From an uncultured virus (IMG/VR IMGVR_UViG_3300037493_005316) (Duplodnaviria; Heunggongvirae; Uroviricota; Caudoviricetes), in the IMG/VR virus record IMGVR_UViG_3300037493_005316: 61,644 nucleotides of DNA, one strand, 5' to 3'. Under the pieces are notes generated by a model that was not told the DNA's origin, did no database searches, and saw only the letters and a list, made by a program, of their open reading frames with translations. The stretch's first letter is position 1, and each line of letters opens with the position of its first letter. This document shows positions 22,333 through 31,796 of this stretch, piece by piece. Both the position numbers and the translations under genes were made by a program.

Positions 22333-24039
22333 TTACACGCCGTTGGCGGACAGGATACTAAGAAGGGTCTGGATTTCGGGAAGCCGAAGAGGCATTCCTC
22401 GATGCGCTTCGACCAATTCGGAGATTTTGGTCAGTGTTTCCATCGCCGCCACACGTGCACGCCTCTTTTCCGTCGAGGGTGAAGCTTTCGGGACTACGCT
22501 CAGAGCGGGAGCGGGAGCGGGAGCGGGAGCGGGAGCGGGAGCGGGAGCGGGAGCGGGAGCGGGGGGCGCTGGATGCCAAAGGACGTCTGGATTACTCGGA
22601 GCGGGAGCGGGAGCGGGAGCGGGAGCGGGAGCGGGAGCGGGAACTGGAACGGGAACGGGAACGATAGAGCCGCCGTGCAGCAGCAGTCGGTTAAGGTGTT
22701 CCTCGGTCCCGGTCCACATCGGAACAGGAGCGGGAGCGGGAGCGAGATAGAACCGTTTCCGCTGACCCGCCACCAAGCGCCGCAGGCGCTGCCAGTTCGC
22801 TTGAGTGAGTACGTGCCCTACCTGAGCAGCGGAATTTCCAGAAAGGTTGAGCGCTTGGAGAAGCGCGCTCAGGCTTACTTGCCTCCCCGGTGCCGTCTGG
22901 GCGATCCCGAGTGCTGTTTCCAGGATCTGATTGGTAAAGAACGTGACCGGTGACACACCGGGCACGCGGACCGACACAGGTGCCTTCTCAGCCGGTGCCT
23001 TCTCAGCCGGTGCCTTCTCAGCCGGTGCCTTCTCAGCCGGTGCCTTCTCAGCCGGTGCCTTCTCAGCCGGTGCCTTCTCAGCCGGGAAGACGCAGGGCTC
23101 GTCGAAGATCGAGGTGTCCTTTTCTGCCTGTTGTTTCTCCCACGTGAGATACTCAGCAGACTGAACACCTTTGCGAAGCTCAGCCATTTTCAGATGGGTT
23201 GCTACCAACGAGTGTGTGGACAAGAGGTGCTTACGAAATGCGTCTGCACGGTCGTCGGCCGGGCGCTCACCAATTCCATCTCGTTCGAGGGCGGAAGGCA
23301 TTTCCGCAGCGGGCTGCGTGGCCCTCCACTCGCGCCAGAGCCTCCAGGCGCAGGCAACGCTGACGCCCTTCCACGTTTTCCCTCGGGATACGGCACGGAC
23401 TGTGTTCGCGTACACGCTTGCAGTCGATTCTTTACGCCCGCGTTTTACTAGGTGCCGTTTGAACAGGGCCAGCTCACGTTCCAGCTCGTGTGCAGGCACT
23501 CCTACACCGTTTGTAGGTATCTGCGCGGGGGCAGAGTTTCGACGGAGCATACGCTGCTGGCTCGGGTTGGGACCTACGTCACCTGTCGTGAGCCATCGTG
23601 CCCAGAGGTCCAACGCTCCCTTGTGACGTACAGAAAGACCGTTAGCATGAGCCTTAACGGAAGCCACGTAGTCCCCCGCCGTGGTTGCTACACGTCCTGA
23701 TGCAATCAAGCACTTCTTGAATTCCGCAAGCGCTTCTGGCGTAGGAGCAGGAAATTCCGCGTCAGGAGCAGCAGTGTGTGTTGCGGCGCTTTCCTTTGAC
23801 GAAGCTGTTTCTCGGTACCAGAGAAGTTTGAACTTGTTTCCGCTTTTTTCCTTTCGTCGCCGCCACCCGTCAGCTTGCAGGATACGAGACGCCTTTATGT
23901 TCGCCCAAGACGCCTGCTGCGAGATAGACAGCTCTGTGTCTGGAGGCACTCCTAGAGCGAGTCGCGCGAGGTCAAACAGTCCCACAGGAGACGTCGCGTT
24001 CTTCAGCACTTCGCGGAACGTGTTCTCGTCAAAGGACAT
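22333..24039 (-). CDS. Modular putative DNA-binding protein with Pro/Ala linkers
   Basis: Repeated F..hL...GR...TA..Y...V segments, two basic wHTH-like segments, (AEKAP)7 and (PA)n. Confidence 0.65.
   Translation of the reverse strand: MSFDENTFREVLKNATSPVGLFDLARLALGVPPDTELSISQQASWANIKASRILQADGWRRRKEKSGNKFKLLWYRETASSKESAATHTAAPDAEFPAPTPEALAEFKKCLIASGRVATTAGDYVASVKAHANGLSVRHKGALDLWARWLTTGDVGPNPSQQRMLRRNSAPAQIPTNGVGVPAHELERELALFKRHLVKRGRKESTASVYANTVRAVSRGKTWKGVSVACAWRLWREWRATQPAAEMPSALERDGIGERPADDRADAFRKHLLSTHSLVATHLKMAELRKGVQSAEYLTWEKQQAEKDTSIFDEPCVFPAEKAPAEKAPAEKAPAEKAPAEKAPAEKAPAEKAPVSVRVPGVSPVTFFTNQILETALGIAQTAPGRQVSLSALLQALNLSGNSAAQVGHVLTQANWQRLRRLVAGQRKRFYLAPAPAPVPMWTGTEEHLNRLLLHGGSIVPVPVPVPAPAPAPAPAPAPAPSNPDVLWHPAPPAPAPAPAPAPAPAPAPAPALSVVPKASPSTEKRRARVAAMETLTKISELVEAHRGMPLRLPEIQTLLSILSANGV
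22504..22641. repeat. Two tracts of 6-bp AGCGGG repeats (Pro-Ala coding)
   Basis: Direct reading of the sequence. Confidence 0.9.
22979..23083. repeat. 7 x 15-bp perfect tandem repeat GGTGCCTTCTCAGCC (AEKAP)
   Basis: Direct reading of the sequence. Confidence 0.95.
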
Positions 24040-24800
24040 TACGCCCTCCCCTTTTCTTGCTGTTCTTCAATTAGTCTTTGCCGATACACGTTGTTGTCGT
24101 CGTCCATGCCCACGAACCCAAAGCGGATGGGCGTGTACAACATGGCTACACCCTGTCCAACGTGGGTCGGGGTCTGCCAACTTCTGTACCTGTACCCGGA
24201 GGATTCAGCCGACACTCCGAAGTGCGTCCTGAGTAGCCTGTGGTAGGTGTCGGGACTTGGATCCATGGACCGCGTGCCCACGTTGATCCCGAGTAAGAAG
24301 TGGCTCCCGTGCCGCCGACGCTGCTGCTCGACAAACATGGCGAGTGTCGCGAGGTGTCCCTCCAGTTTCTTGCCGTCCCAGCCGTCCAGCCCGTCAAAGT
24401 TCAAGGCTCGGACACGAGATACGCGGACATCGTCGCTTTGAAGGAGATCGAATAGCTCCCCTCCGACCCATCGAGCGTTCTTGTCTCCATAGAGGGCTCG
24501 ACACTCACGGATGACGTCTAGCCTTTGGTCAACGCCTACGAGCATCGCGTCAGAGGTCAGCCACTTTCGCCCGCTTAGAAGGGCGTACATAGGGGCGCGT
24601 GTTCCGGCAAGGTCAAGAACATCGACACCCGGCCTCAACCTCTTCGCCCTCAGGTCAAAGAGTTGGTTCGACGTGCTCAGGTGTCCCGCGAAAATCTCGC
24701 GTTGAATCTTTTTCTCGGGCCCCACCGCTGTGAAGTTGGAAGGGCTGCGTTTCAAGGCGTTCCCCAGAGCGCGAGAGAGGTACCTCGTGCAGAGGCCCAC
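24039..24800 (-). CDS. Hypothetical protein, possibly Rossmann/methyltransferase-like fold; start uncertain
   Basis: VLDLAG...LVGVD...LNFDG spacing. Stop overlaps the next ATG. Confidence 0.45.
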   Translation of the reverse strand: MGLCTRYLSRALGNALKRSPSNFTAVGPEKKIQREIFAGHLSTSNQLFDLRAKRLRPGVDVLDLAGTRAPMYALLSGRKWLTSDAMLVGVDQRLDVIRECRALYGDKNARWVGGELFDLLQSDDVRVSRVRALNFDGLDGWDGKKLEGHLATLAMFVEQQRRRHGSHFLLGINVGTRSMDPSPDTYHRLLRTHFGVSAESSGYRYRSWQTPTHVGQGVAMLYTPIRFGFVGMDDDNNVYRQRLIEEQQEKGRA

Positions 24801-25270
24801 GCGGAGAGGAGTGGGGATTCTCCTGCCGTTTCGTCACAAACGAGTAGCAAGCTTCTGCTCTGATCCTTCAAACGCGTGTTTCCGATATTGGCGGGCACAC
24901 GTTCGGGGGTCACAGGGTAGACAGGGAAAAGCTTCGTGAACATGAGAAAGGATATCAGGCTTGTTTCCTGGTTATCGCCCCACATGCCCGAGGTATCGTA
25001 CGCAACCCGGAAGGCTTGTCCGTAGCTCGGAAGCACCCATGTGTGGGGAAAGGGTTCGGTGTACTCCCTTGTGAGATATACGAAGGAGTCGAACTTCTTT
25101 CCCCCTAGAAGCTCTTGGAAGAGACACGATGCCCACGCAGCATCCGCTTGGAGAGGGGGAGCCACGTACACATTAACGTGAGGCGTCTCCCGATGTTCCA
25201 GCGCGGACGCCGCCCTTTTGATTTCGCCGTACCACCAGGGAGGCAATTCGGTTTCCGAGTTCTTTGGCAT
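24752..25270 (-). CDS. Hypothetical protein
   Basis: GAGG RBS, ORF in the operon direction. Confidence 0.5.
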   Translation of the reverse strand: MPKNSETELPPWWYGEIKRAASALEHRETPHVNVYVAPPLQADAAWASCLFQELLGGKKFDSFVYLTREYTEPFPHTWVLPSYGQAFRVAYDTSGMWGDNQETSLISFLMFTKLFPVYPVTPERVPANIGNTRLKDQSRSLLLVCDETAGESPLLSAWASARGTSLALWGTP

Positions 25271-25331
25271 GGGGCCTCGTGGGGGACGTCAAAAAAAAGG
25301 GGGGGAAGGGCTCGCTCGTTCCGACAGCTTC

Positions 25332-26528
25332 TCAGCCCTTACGTCCATTGATCGTCAGACGCGCGCCTTTCGCGATGCCGTCGTTCACGCCGCGAAGCAA
25401 GTGGTCGGACAACGCGGCGCCTCGGGCGGCGGACAGACCCCGGCTCGCCGGAAGTTCCGACCAGTCGAGAAGGCGCTGGGGCACGCCCAGCAGGGTCGCC
25501 TCGTTGTCTTGCGCATTCTCTCGCCACAAGCGTAGTGCGAAGGCGATGCCCGATGACGACTGCAACGTGTAGAGTTTGTGTTTGGAAGACGCGCCGTCGC
25601 ACGCTTGTCCCCACCACTCCGCGAGAATTCGCGCCATGGCGTCAACGCGGTGTAGGGTGTTCGGGTCCGAAGTGCGCCACGCGTCGAGCTGCGTCTGCGC
25701 CTTCGTGGCCTTCACCGAGCCGTCTCCGTCCGCCATGCAGAAACCTGCGACGATCGAGGTCCAGCTCAATTTGGGCCCGCTACGGGTGAACGCGGGATTG
25801 AGTTGGTACGCTGCGAAGATACCCGGCCACAAGGACTCACCCTGCGAGCTTTTCAGGTGATCCAGGGTCCGGTACTTCCTTCCGTGGTTGAGGTTGGCGA
25901 TCTGATCCGTCACGTAGCTTCCAGGACCCGAGCGCATCTGCACGTCGAACGTCACAGGCTCGTTGGAGACACCGCGCTTGGAGAGTTTGAAGCCCCAGCG
26001 GGAGGCCGCATAGATCCGATGCTGCCCGTCGAGGACGTAGAACACGTCTTTGATCGTTGGGTGGGGGTACATCACGAGGACCGTCTGGTCGGAAACGGTT
26101 TCCATAACCACAGCCAGAGCCTTTGCGTGCCCGACTCCGATGTCCCTGTTTGCGATGGGGCGGAACCGGGTTTCCCAGTCCCCCTTGGCTACCGACATCT
26201 GGACGTACTCACGATCCTTGCGCACCGACACGGGGGGCAGGTACGTTTCGATGACTTCCTGCACCTCGGGGAGAGTGTCCCCCGTGTACAGGGTGGCGAG
26301 GATGCGGAGCATCGACAGATCAAGCCGCACTTCGGTCAGACCCAGACCCGACGCCACGACCTCTTCGACGTGCTTTGCCAGCCGCTTGCACGTCAGCTTG
26401 CCCATGGCGATCTTCCCGAGGCGTTTCTGAACGCGATCCAGGGATCCCAGAACGGCGACGGCGCCCACGGAGTCTACGTCGAAAACACCTGACGCAGCGT
26501 ACGTATCGACAAGTTCTGTTACCAACAT
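25332..26528 (-). CDS. ParB-like/DGQHR domain protein
   Basis: FQ/FR-type RPI motif, YVLDGQHR and IANLN.GR. Confidence 0.7.
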   Translation of the reverse strand: MLVTELVDTYAASGVFDVDSVGAVAVLGSLDRVQKRLGKIAMGKLTCKRLAKHVEEVVASGLGLTEVRLDLSMLRILATLYTGDTLPEVQEVIETYLPPVSVRKDREYVQMSVAKGDWETRFRPIANRDIGVGHAKALAVVMETVSDQTVLVMYPHPTIKDVFYVLDGQHRIYAASRWGFKLSKRGVSNEPVTFDVQMRSGPGSYVTDQIANLNHGRKYRTLDHLKSSQGESLWPGIFAAYQLNPAFTRSGPKLSWTSIVAGFCMADGDGSVKATKAQTQLDAWRTSDPNTLHRVDAMARILAEWWGQACDGASSKHKLYTLQSSSGIAFALRLWRENAQDNEATLLGVPQRLLDWSELPASRGLSAARGAALSDHLLRGVNDGIAKGARLTINGRKG

Positions 26529-26579
26529 GGCATCTTTTCCAGGGTAGTTATGTTTGTGACGGGGGGTGGAGGTAGAGAT

Positions 26580-27194
26580 TCAGCGGCGGCGCGGTCGGCG
26601 TCGGTTTTCACGTTTGTCGCGCTTGCGCAAGATTTCGCCCAGCTTCGCCAGGAACGCGTCGCGCTCAGAGAGTTTGACGGGCTTCGCGGGCGGCGCGTGT
26701 CGCGCTTGTTCGGCAATACGCGCGAGAACCGCCTGTCGCGCGGCATTCCGAGCGAGGATCACTCTGTCGGAGGCCCACGGTTTTTGATCTGCGTGCGCAC
26801 ATCCCCATCCCGCTGAGGGAACCGAAGCGCAGGTCTCCACGTCAAGAGCGGGACGGGGGCGCATGTTTGGGGTAAGGCGATCCAGTCCCAAAAAGACGAC
26901 CAAAGCGTCAGCGTTAAGCCCTTCAAAGGCGTGTAAGTTGTAAAGCTCTGCTCTGGAAACGGGCTCGCCGTCCAAAGCTCGGCAGAGCGCGTCGAGACCT
27001 ACGAGCACGTTTCGGGACTTCGGTTCTTGAGAGGTCTGATACCGCTGAAGAACCGGATACGGTCCAGTTTTGCGACTAAGCCCCGTTACCTTTCGGAAGC
27101 GAAAGAACGGCTTGTCGTCACCTCTCTCAAAGGAGGGGCCGAGACCCAAATGTCCGGCCCGCAGCCGTCCGGCGATGTTTTCGAGGGTTCTCAT
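26580..27194 (-). CDS. Hypothetical basic protein
   Basis: ATG 27194 lies just downstream of a sigma70-like promoter. Confidence 0.55.
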   Translation of the reverse strand: MRTLENIAGRLRAGHLGLGPSFERGDDKPFFRFRKVTGLSRKTGPYPVLQRYQTSQEPKSRNVLVGLDALCRALDGEPVSRAELYNLHAFEGLNADALVVFLGLDRLTPNMRPRPALDVETCASVPSAGWGCAHADQKPWASDRVILARNAARQAVLARIAEQARHAPPAKPVKLSERDAFLAKLGEILRKRDKRENRRRPRRR

Positions 27195-27200
27195 ACCCTC

Positions 27201-27229
27201 TATGTATCCGATACGGTTACATTCGTCAA
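27201..27229 (-). promoter_or_regulatory. Sigma70-like promoter candidate with overlapping palindromic operator
   Basis: TTGACG-N17-TACATA-N6-ATG. GTATCC-N5-GGTTAC at 27204-27220. Confidence 0.45.
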
Positions 27230-27295
27230 GTAGAAACTTTGCATGTCTAGAAGGCGTCTCAAACCTAAATGTCCACCGATTCCTCGAACTGAAAC

Positions 27296-28207
27296 CTAAA
27301 CTCGGACCACAGCTACCCACGCCGACCCGACGACGCCACCGATGGCCGCTCCGAGCCACGAGTCCAGACCCGCTGGCTTGGAGAACAGCCCACCGAAGAC
27401 GGCTCCGACCGCGCCACCGATGAGGATCGCTTTCGCTGACGGCGGTCCTTCCTCGGCTCCGAACCCGCCTACGTTCGCCTCGACTTCATCGTGAAGCGAG
27501 TCCGGCATGTCCGTGAACAGCACCGTGGCGCTCTTGCCGTCAGGGCTTCGCAGCAGCACGGACGTCAACGCAGCGTCGACCACGCCGCCCTGTCCGTACG
27601 CCAATTCCTCGGCCAACGCCTGAGCCATCGGGAGTTGACCCGGCTGCGTCAGATCGAACTCGACGCCCACCGCACGTCCGCGCCGCGCGTTCCGTACCCC
27701 CCGCACGCCACGACGAATCAACGCCTGACGCAGCTTCAGGGACGAGTCCGCGGCGCGCATTCCCACGCCCTTCTGGAAGACGTTCCCCGGAGGATCTGCC
27801 CACGTGGAGTCGAAACGACCGATGATGTATTCAGGGCCAAACCCACGCCCCGGGCCTTGTCCGCCATGGGCGAGGGCTGGGCCGTAGGCGTTACCGGGCG
27901 TGATCGGGTTCCCGTTCGGCGCAAACGCCCAGCCGTACTGATCCGACTGCATCTGCGACGTGAGCATCCACGACGCAGGATCCATACTTCCAGGCCCCGC
28001 CGTGTACGCACGAAGCTCACTCAGGCCGCCCGAAGGGAAGAACCCATCGCCTGCGCCAGGACCCCACATCGGGCGTCTACGTCGTTTCTGGCGTCGACGG
28101 CGATCTTCTCCGAGAGCGCCCACGCGCGAGGAACCGAACGGCTGCTTCTGAACGCGTACGTCGGACGACGCGAGAACCGCTGTTACGAAGCCGTTACCGT
28201 TACTCAT
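27296..28207 (-). CDS. Gly-rich protein with C-terminal glycine-zipper TM hairpin
   Basis: ILIGGAVGAVFGG...LGAAIGGVVG. GGAGAGG RBS. Confidence 0.6.
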   Translation of the reverse strand: MSNGNGFVTAVLASSDVRVQKQPFGSSRVGALGEDRRRRQKRRRRPMWGPGAGDGFFPSGGLSELRAYTAGPGSMDPASWMLTSQMQSDQYGWAFAPNGNPITPGNAYGPALAHGGQGPGRGFGPEYIIGRFDSTWADPPGNVFQKGVGMRAADSSLKLRQALIRRGVRGVRNARRGRAVGVEFDLTQPGQLPMAQALAEELAYGQGGVVDAALTSVLLRSPDGKSATVLFTDMPDSLHDEVEANVGGFGAEEGPPSAKAILIGGAVGAVFGGLFSKPAGLDSWLGAAIGGVVGSAWVAVVRV

Positions 28208-28446
28208 CCTCTCCCCCATCCGACATTGACGCGATGGACGCGCTCACCAAGGTCCGGAAGTTCTCCGACTTCCTCCTGCTCGACCCTTCTTGGCGGCGAG
28301 TACCCGAACGCGAAGGGGAGGATCGCCCCTCCCGCGACGGCCCCTGAGATAGCGCCCACTCCGGGCCGACCGATTACGGCGCCTGCCGCCCCGCCCACGA
28401 TGCCACCGACAAGACCCCAGTAAAAAACGTCGGTGGTTCGAGACAT
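28204..28446 (-). CDS. Small glycine-zipper membrane protein
   Basis: GLVGGIVGGAAGAVIG...GAISGAVAGG. GGAG RBS, with TGcTATACT further upstream. Confidence 0.6.
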   Translation of the reverse strand: MSRTTDVFYWGLVGGIVGGAAGAVIGRPGVGAISGAVAGGAILPFAFGYSPPRRVEQEEVGELPDLGERVHRVNVGWGRG

Positions 28447-28673
28447 GGGCACTCCAAGATCGTGGCCGGAAGTATAGCACGGCGACGGGACAACGTTCGC
28501 ACTACACCACGTAGTAGAGGACCATAACGCGCGGTCATCGCCAAGATGGGCTTGTCCCTCTCTAGTGTTGCCGTGATACTTATAGCTTGAACTCCACGAC
28601 GACAGATTGTTGTCGTCGGATGACACCACTCCGAGCGCAATCCGGCCGGATCACGGAAAAAGGAAGGACTACC

Positions 28674-28982
28674 ATGGCTCTCGTTGCCACCATCCAGACC
28701 AACCCCGTTACCGGCCTCGACGCGGTCGCTTACGACCTCGTCAACGCAGCCGCTGAAGCCACCAGCACGGTCACCATCACCCCCGCGCTGACGTTCGTAC
28801 CCGAGTACGCCTTCGTGCAGGACACCACCGCGGCAGGTGTTGTTGCAGGGCGCCAGTGGGCGGCCATCATCACCACGGGATCTCCTGTCACCGTCGTCAT
28901 CAGCACTGCCTCGACGGCCGCTACGGCGTGCGCGGCACGCGTGCAGATCGGTCGGTGGCCCCGTCCCCAGAACCGTTCCTAA
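28674..28982 (+). CDS. Small beta-rich protein, paralog 1 of 3 (possible virion decoration/fibre protein)
   Basis: AAGGA RBS. MAL.AT...PEY...IGRWPRPQNRS. Confidence 0.75.
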   Translation: MALVATIQTNPVTGLDAVAYDLVNAAAEATSTVTITPALTFVPEYAFVQDTTAAGVVAGRQWAAIITTGSPVTVVISTASTAATACAARVQIGRWPRPQNRS

Positions 28983-29038
28983 GCCGTCTCCACCACTCGG
29001 ACACCACCCCGGTTTTTTCCGGGAAAAAGGAAATCACC

Positions 29039-29359
29039 ATGGCTCTCACCGCAACTCAAGTCGTCAATCCCGCTCAGGGCCCTGACTTCGTCATCTACAC
29101 CATCGCGGACGACGGGGCGGCCAACCTCGCCTCTGTCTCCATCGATCCCGGCACCGTCTGGACCCCCGAGTACGCCCTCTTTCAGATCACGACGACGGCG
29201 GTTCAGGCGACCCGTCGTGCATGGGCTGGCGTGATCAACACGACGACCGGTGCGGTCGTTGTCTCCACCGCGGGTGTGGATACCGGTGCCGGTGCTGGCA
29301 CCGTCGGTACCGTGCGCGTGACCATCGGTCGGTGGCCCCGCCCCCAGAACCGTTCCTAA
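29039..29359 (+). CDS. Small beta-rich protein, paralog 2 of 3
   Basis: AAGGA RBS and the same motifs. Confidence 0.75.
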   Translation: MALTATQVVNPAQGPDFVIYTIADDGAANLASVSIDPGTVWTPEYALFQITTTAVQATRRAWAGVINTTTGAVVVSTAGVDTGAGAGTVGTVRVTIGRWPRPQNRS

Positions 29360-29386
29360 TCCAAGACACCACAAGGGGAAATCACC

Positions 29387-29689
29387 ATGGCTCTCACCGC
29401 CACCGCTGTATCTGACAACAACCTTTTCGGCCCCGACGTCGTCATGTACGACATCGCGGACTCCGGCGTCGGTGCCGCAACCAGCGTCACCTTCGATCCC
29501 GCCCTCGTCTGGACCCCCGAGTTCTGCCTCATCCAGCCGACCAGCACGGCGGACATTGGCCGCAACTGGGGCGCCTCCATCAACACGACGACCGGCGAAG
29601 TCACCGTGTCGCAGGCTGTCACCGCCGCCGCAGTTGCGTCCGCGCGCTGCTTCATCGGTCGCTGGCCGAAGCCGCAGAACCACAACTAG
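29387..29689 (+). CDS. Small beta-rich protein, paralog 3 of 3
   Basis: Same motifs, ending IGRWPKPQNHN. Confidence 0.75.
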   Translation: MALTATAVSDNNLFGPDVVMYDIADSGVGAATSVTFDPALVWTPEFCLIQPTSTADIGRNWGASINTTTGEVTVSQAVTAAAVASARCFIGRWPKPQNHN

Positions 29690-29697
29690 CTCCGAGC

Positions 29698-29736
29698 GAG
29701 TTTCACCGTACGCAAGTGAGTTTCACCGTACGCAAG
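29698..29736. repeat. Tandem duplication of GAGTTTCACCGTACGCAAG (20-bp period)
   Basis: Direct reading of the sequence. Confidence 0.9.
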
Positions 29737-29767
29737 CTAGTTAGCCTTAGCCCCGACAAGGCTCTTT

Positions 29768-29810
29768 GACGCCGCCCCTCGTGGAAATCGAGTGGCGGCG
29801 TCTTCTGTTT
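29768..29810 (+). terminator. Probable intrinsic terminator between convergent genes
   Basis: GACGCCGCC...GGCGGCGTC stem followed by TTCTGTTT. Confidence 0.65.
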
Positions 29811-29824
29811 GAGGGAGACGATCT

Positions 29825-30595
29825 TTAGACCGACCGACGGTCGAGGATTTCACGTTCGCGTTCGGCCGTTTCCTGCGACGGCGGGCGCAAGAACCCCGAG
29901 GCGGGAACGCTGGTTCGGATCGTCCCGTCGTCTCTCAGTCTCGCGTACTTGTCCACAAAGGCCATGTAGTCCGCGGGCGTGGCGTGCTGAGAGGCAACGG
30001 CAGGATTGGAGAACGGCTTGTTCGGATCTGCCTTGCGTGCGCTCGGCTGGAACACGGAGAGGTAGAGGGACTGCTTCGTCGGAAAGGGCTTGAACTGCTC
30101 GAAGTAATCCTCGACGTAAGGCATCTGATCCGACGGGTCCGCGGTGTAGAACAACTCTTCGAGTGACGTTCCAAGCTCCGCTGCTCGCGCGGGGATCCAC
30201 TGAAGAAGACCCGTCGCACCACCCTTCGGGTTGAAGGCGAACACCGCCCCCTTGCCCGTGGGAGCCCTTTCCAGTACGGGCCCAGGAACCGCCTGCGCCC
30301 TCGGCGAGAACTGAGACTCGGCTCGGATCACGTTCGCGAGGAGAAAAGGGTTCGCGTCGAGACGATCTGCCGCGGATGCGATCTGCGCCGCGAGATCCTC
30401 GTTCATGTAGGGATACCCCTTGTATGCCTCGAAGATCCGCTGCCCCGCAGACCGAATGTCCCACCCTTCAGGGAGTCCGGCAACGTTCGATTCGGCCATG
30501 CGGCTCGTCACACGGGGGATCGAAAGAGCAAAAACGCTCAGTCCGAAACCCACCCCCAGGAACGCAAGCAGGTTGTAGTCAGAGGATCTCGACAT
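29825..30595 (-). CDS. SLT-type lytic transglycosylase with N-terminal membrane anchor
   Basis: VIRAESQF (catalytic Glu), GATGLLQW.P..A..LG and an N-terminal hydrophobic helix. Confidence 0.8.
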   Translation of the reverse strand: MSRSSDYNLLAFLGVGFGLSVFALSIPRVTSRMAESNVAGLPEGWDIRSAGQRIFEAYKGYPYMNEDLAAQIASAADRLDANPFLLANVIRAESQFSPRAQAVPGPVLERAPTGKGAVFAFNPKGGATGLLQWIPARAAELGTSLEELFYTADPSDQMPYVEDYFEQFKPFPTKQSLYLSVFQPSARKADPNKPFSNPAVASQHATPADYMAFVDKYARLRDDGTIRTSVPASGFLRPPSQETAEREREILDRRSV

Positions 30596-30622
30596 TTGCG
30601 CACCCACCTACAGGGAGAGAGT

Positions 30623-31213
30623 TTACGAGACCTTGTACTCGCCATGGTACTCGCGCGCGTGCCCCTTGGAAATCAACGTCGAGGTGAGCGTGCTCCCATC
30701 GGGAAGTACGACGTCGGCGAGGTAGCGCCCGTGAACCTCGACCTTCTCCCCGTGACCGATCAGGCGGGTAGCCACCTTGCGCGTCGCGATGACGACGGGG
30801 GCGCCAACCGGAAGCAGCGCGGCTGTAAAAGCAGCCGCTGCGATCCCCTCAGGGCATGCCTTCCCCCCGTGGCTCTCGGGACAGTTGACCCCGTCGACTC
30901 GAACGATGATTCGGCGACGTGATCCTTCCCAAAGTTCGGCGTCGAACCACAACGTGTCGCCGTCTACACAGCGCGCCGTCTTTGCGGGATACCGGTACAG
31001 CGGCCCCGTGGACGCGATGATTTTCCCCGCTGTGATCTTCCGCGACGTCTTCTCACACTGGAACAGGACAGCCGTGCCGTCCGGAGGCATGACCCCCTCC
31101 GTCAGTCGGACATCTCGCTCGATGAACGTGTCGAGTCCGTGATCCACAAGCAAACGTGCGGTACTGAGGACCGTAGCTTTTACGATCCGCGTGAGGGGTT
31201 TTGGGGCGAGCAT
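30623..31213 (-). CDS. Thermonuclease (SNase-like) family protein
   Basis: VDGDT, VRVDGVNCPE, GRYLADV and LISKGHAREY. Confidence 0.8.
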   Translation of the reverse strand: MLAPKPLTRIVKATVLSTARLLVDHGLDTFIERDVRLTEGVMPPDGTAVLFQCEKTSRKITAGKIIASTGPLYRYPAKTARCVDGDTLWFDAELWEGSRRRIIVRVDGVNCPESHGGKACPEGIAAAAFTAALLPVGAPVVIATRKVATRLIGHGEKVEVHGRYLADVVLPDGSTLTSTLISKGHAREYHGEYKVS

Positions 31214-31279
31214 GTGGTGTCTCCGAGAGCGCGCGTGGACGCGTTCGTCCTACGTCCTATCCCGGATTTCCAAAACGAC

Positions 31280-31795
31280 CTAGTACGTGACGGGCAGCGT
31301 CGTTCCGTACGGAGCTTCGGATACGTGGTTTTCGATGACCAGGATGACGCCCATGTCGTCGAAATTCTCGCCCCGCCACTTCACCGCCCCGTTTAGAACG
31401 TAGCCCCAGGGCTGAAGGAAGTGCTCGACGATGTATTCGATCCAGTCGGTGTATTCGTAGAACTTCTCGTTTCCGTTCCACTCGATGTGACGCCCGTCCT
31501 TGGTGGGAACCCACTTGCACCAGAGCCCAGGCTGTCCTTCCGGCGGCTTGTTGTCATCGACGACATCGCCTCCGTTACTCTGCCCACAGAACCCGTCTTC
31601 CGCCACGTAGTAGGCGCCCTCGGGCCCAACAGGCAGACCCGCGGCGAGACGAAGGGGATCGGGTCGCGTCTCGGTCTTCGAGGCGTCACGGCGCATCCGC
31701 CGCGTGTCCGAGAAGGCGAGCAGGTACGTCTTGTGCTCGGGCGTGAGCGGGCGGTCCAGATCGAACGCGCCCTGGAAATCGGTGTCGTAGCCCAT
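31280..31795 (-). CDS. Hypothetical phage-type protein
   Basis: GGAGG RBS. Globular, Trp-rich (QPGLWCKW...WNG.EKFY.Y..W). Confidence 0.7.
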   Translation of the reverse strand: MGYDTDFQGAFDLDRPLTPEHKTYLLAFSDTRRMRRDASKTETRPDPLRLAAGLPVGPEGAYYVAEDGFCGQSNGGDVVDDNKPPEGQPGLWCKWVPTKDGRHIEWNGNEKFYEYTDWIEYIVEHFLQPWGYVLNGAVKWRGENFDDMGVILVIENHVSEAPYGTTLPVTY

Positions 31796-31796
31796 T

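Noticed and set aside
29698..29736. Mini CRISPR array
   Set aside because: Only two adjacent 19-20 bp copies with no spacer.
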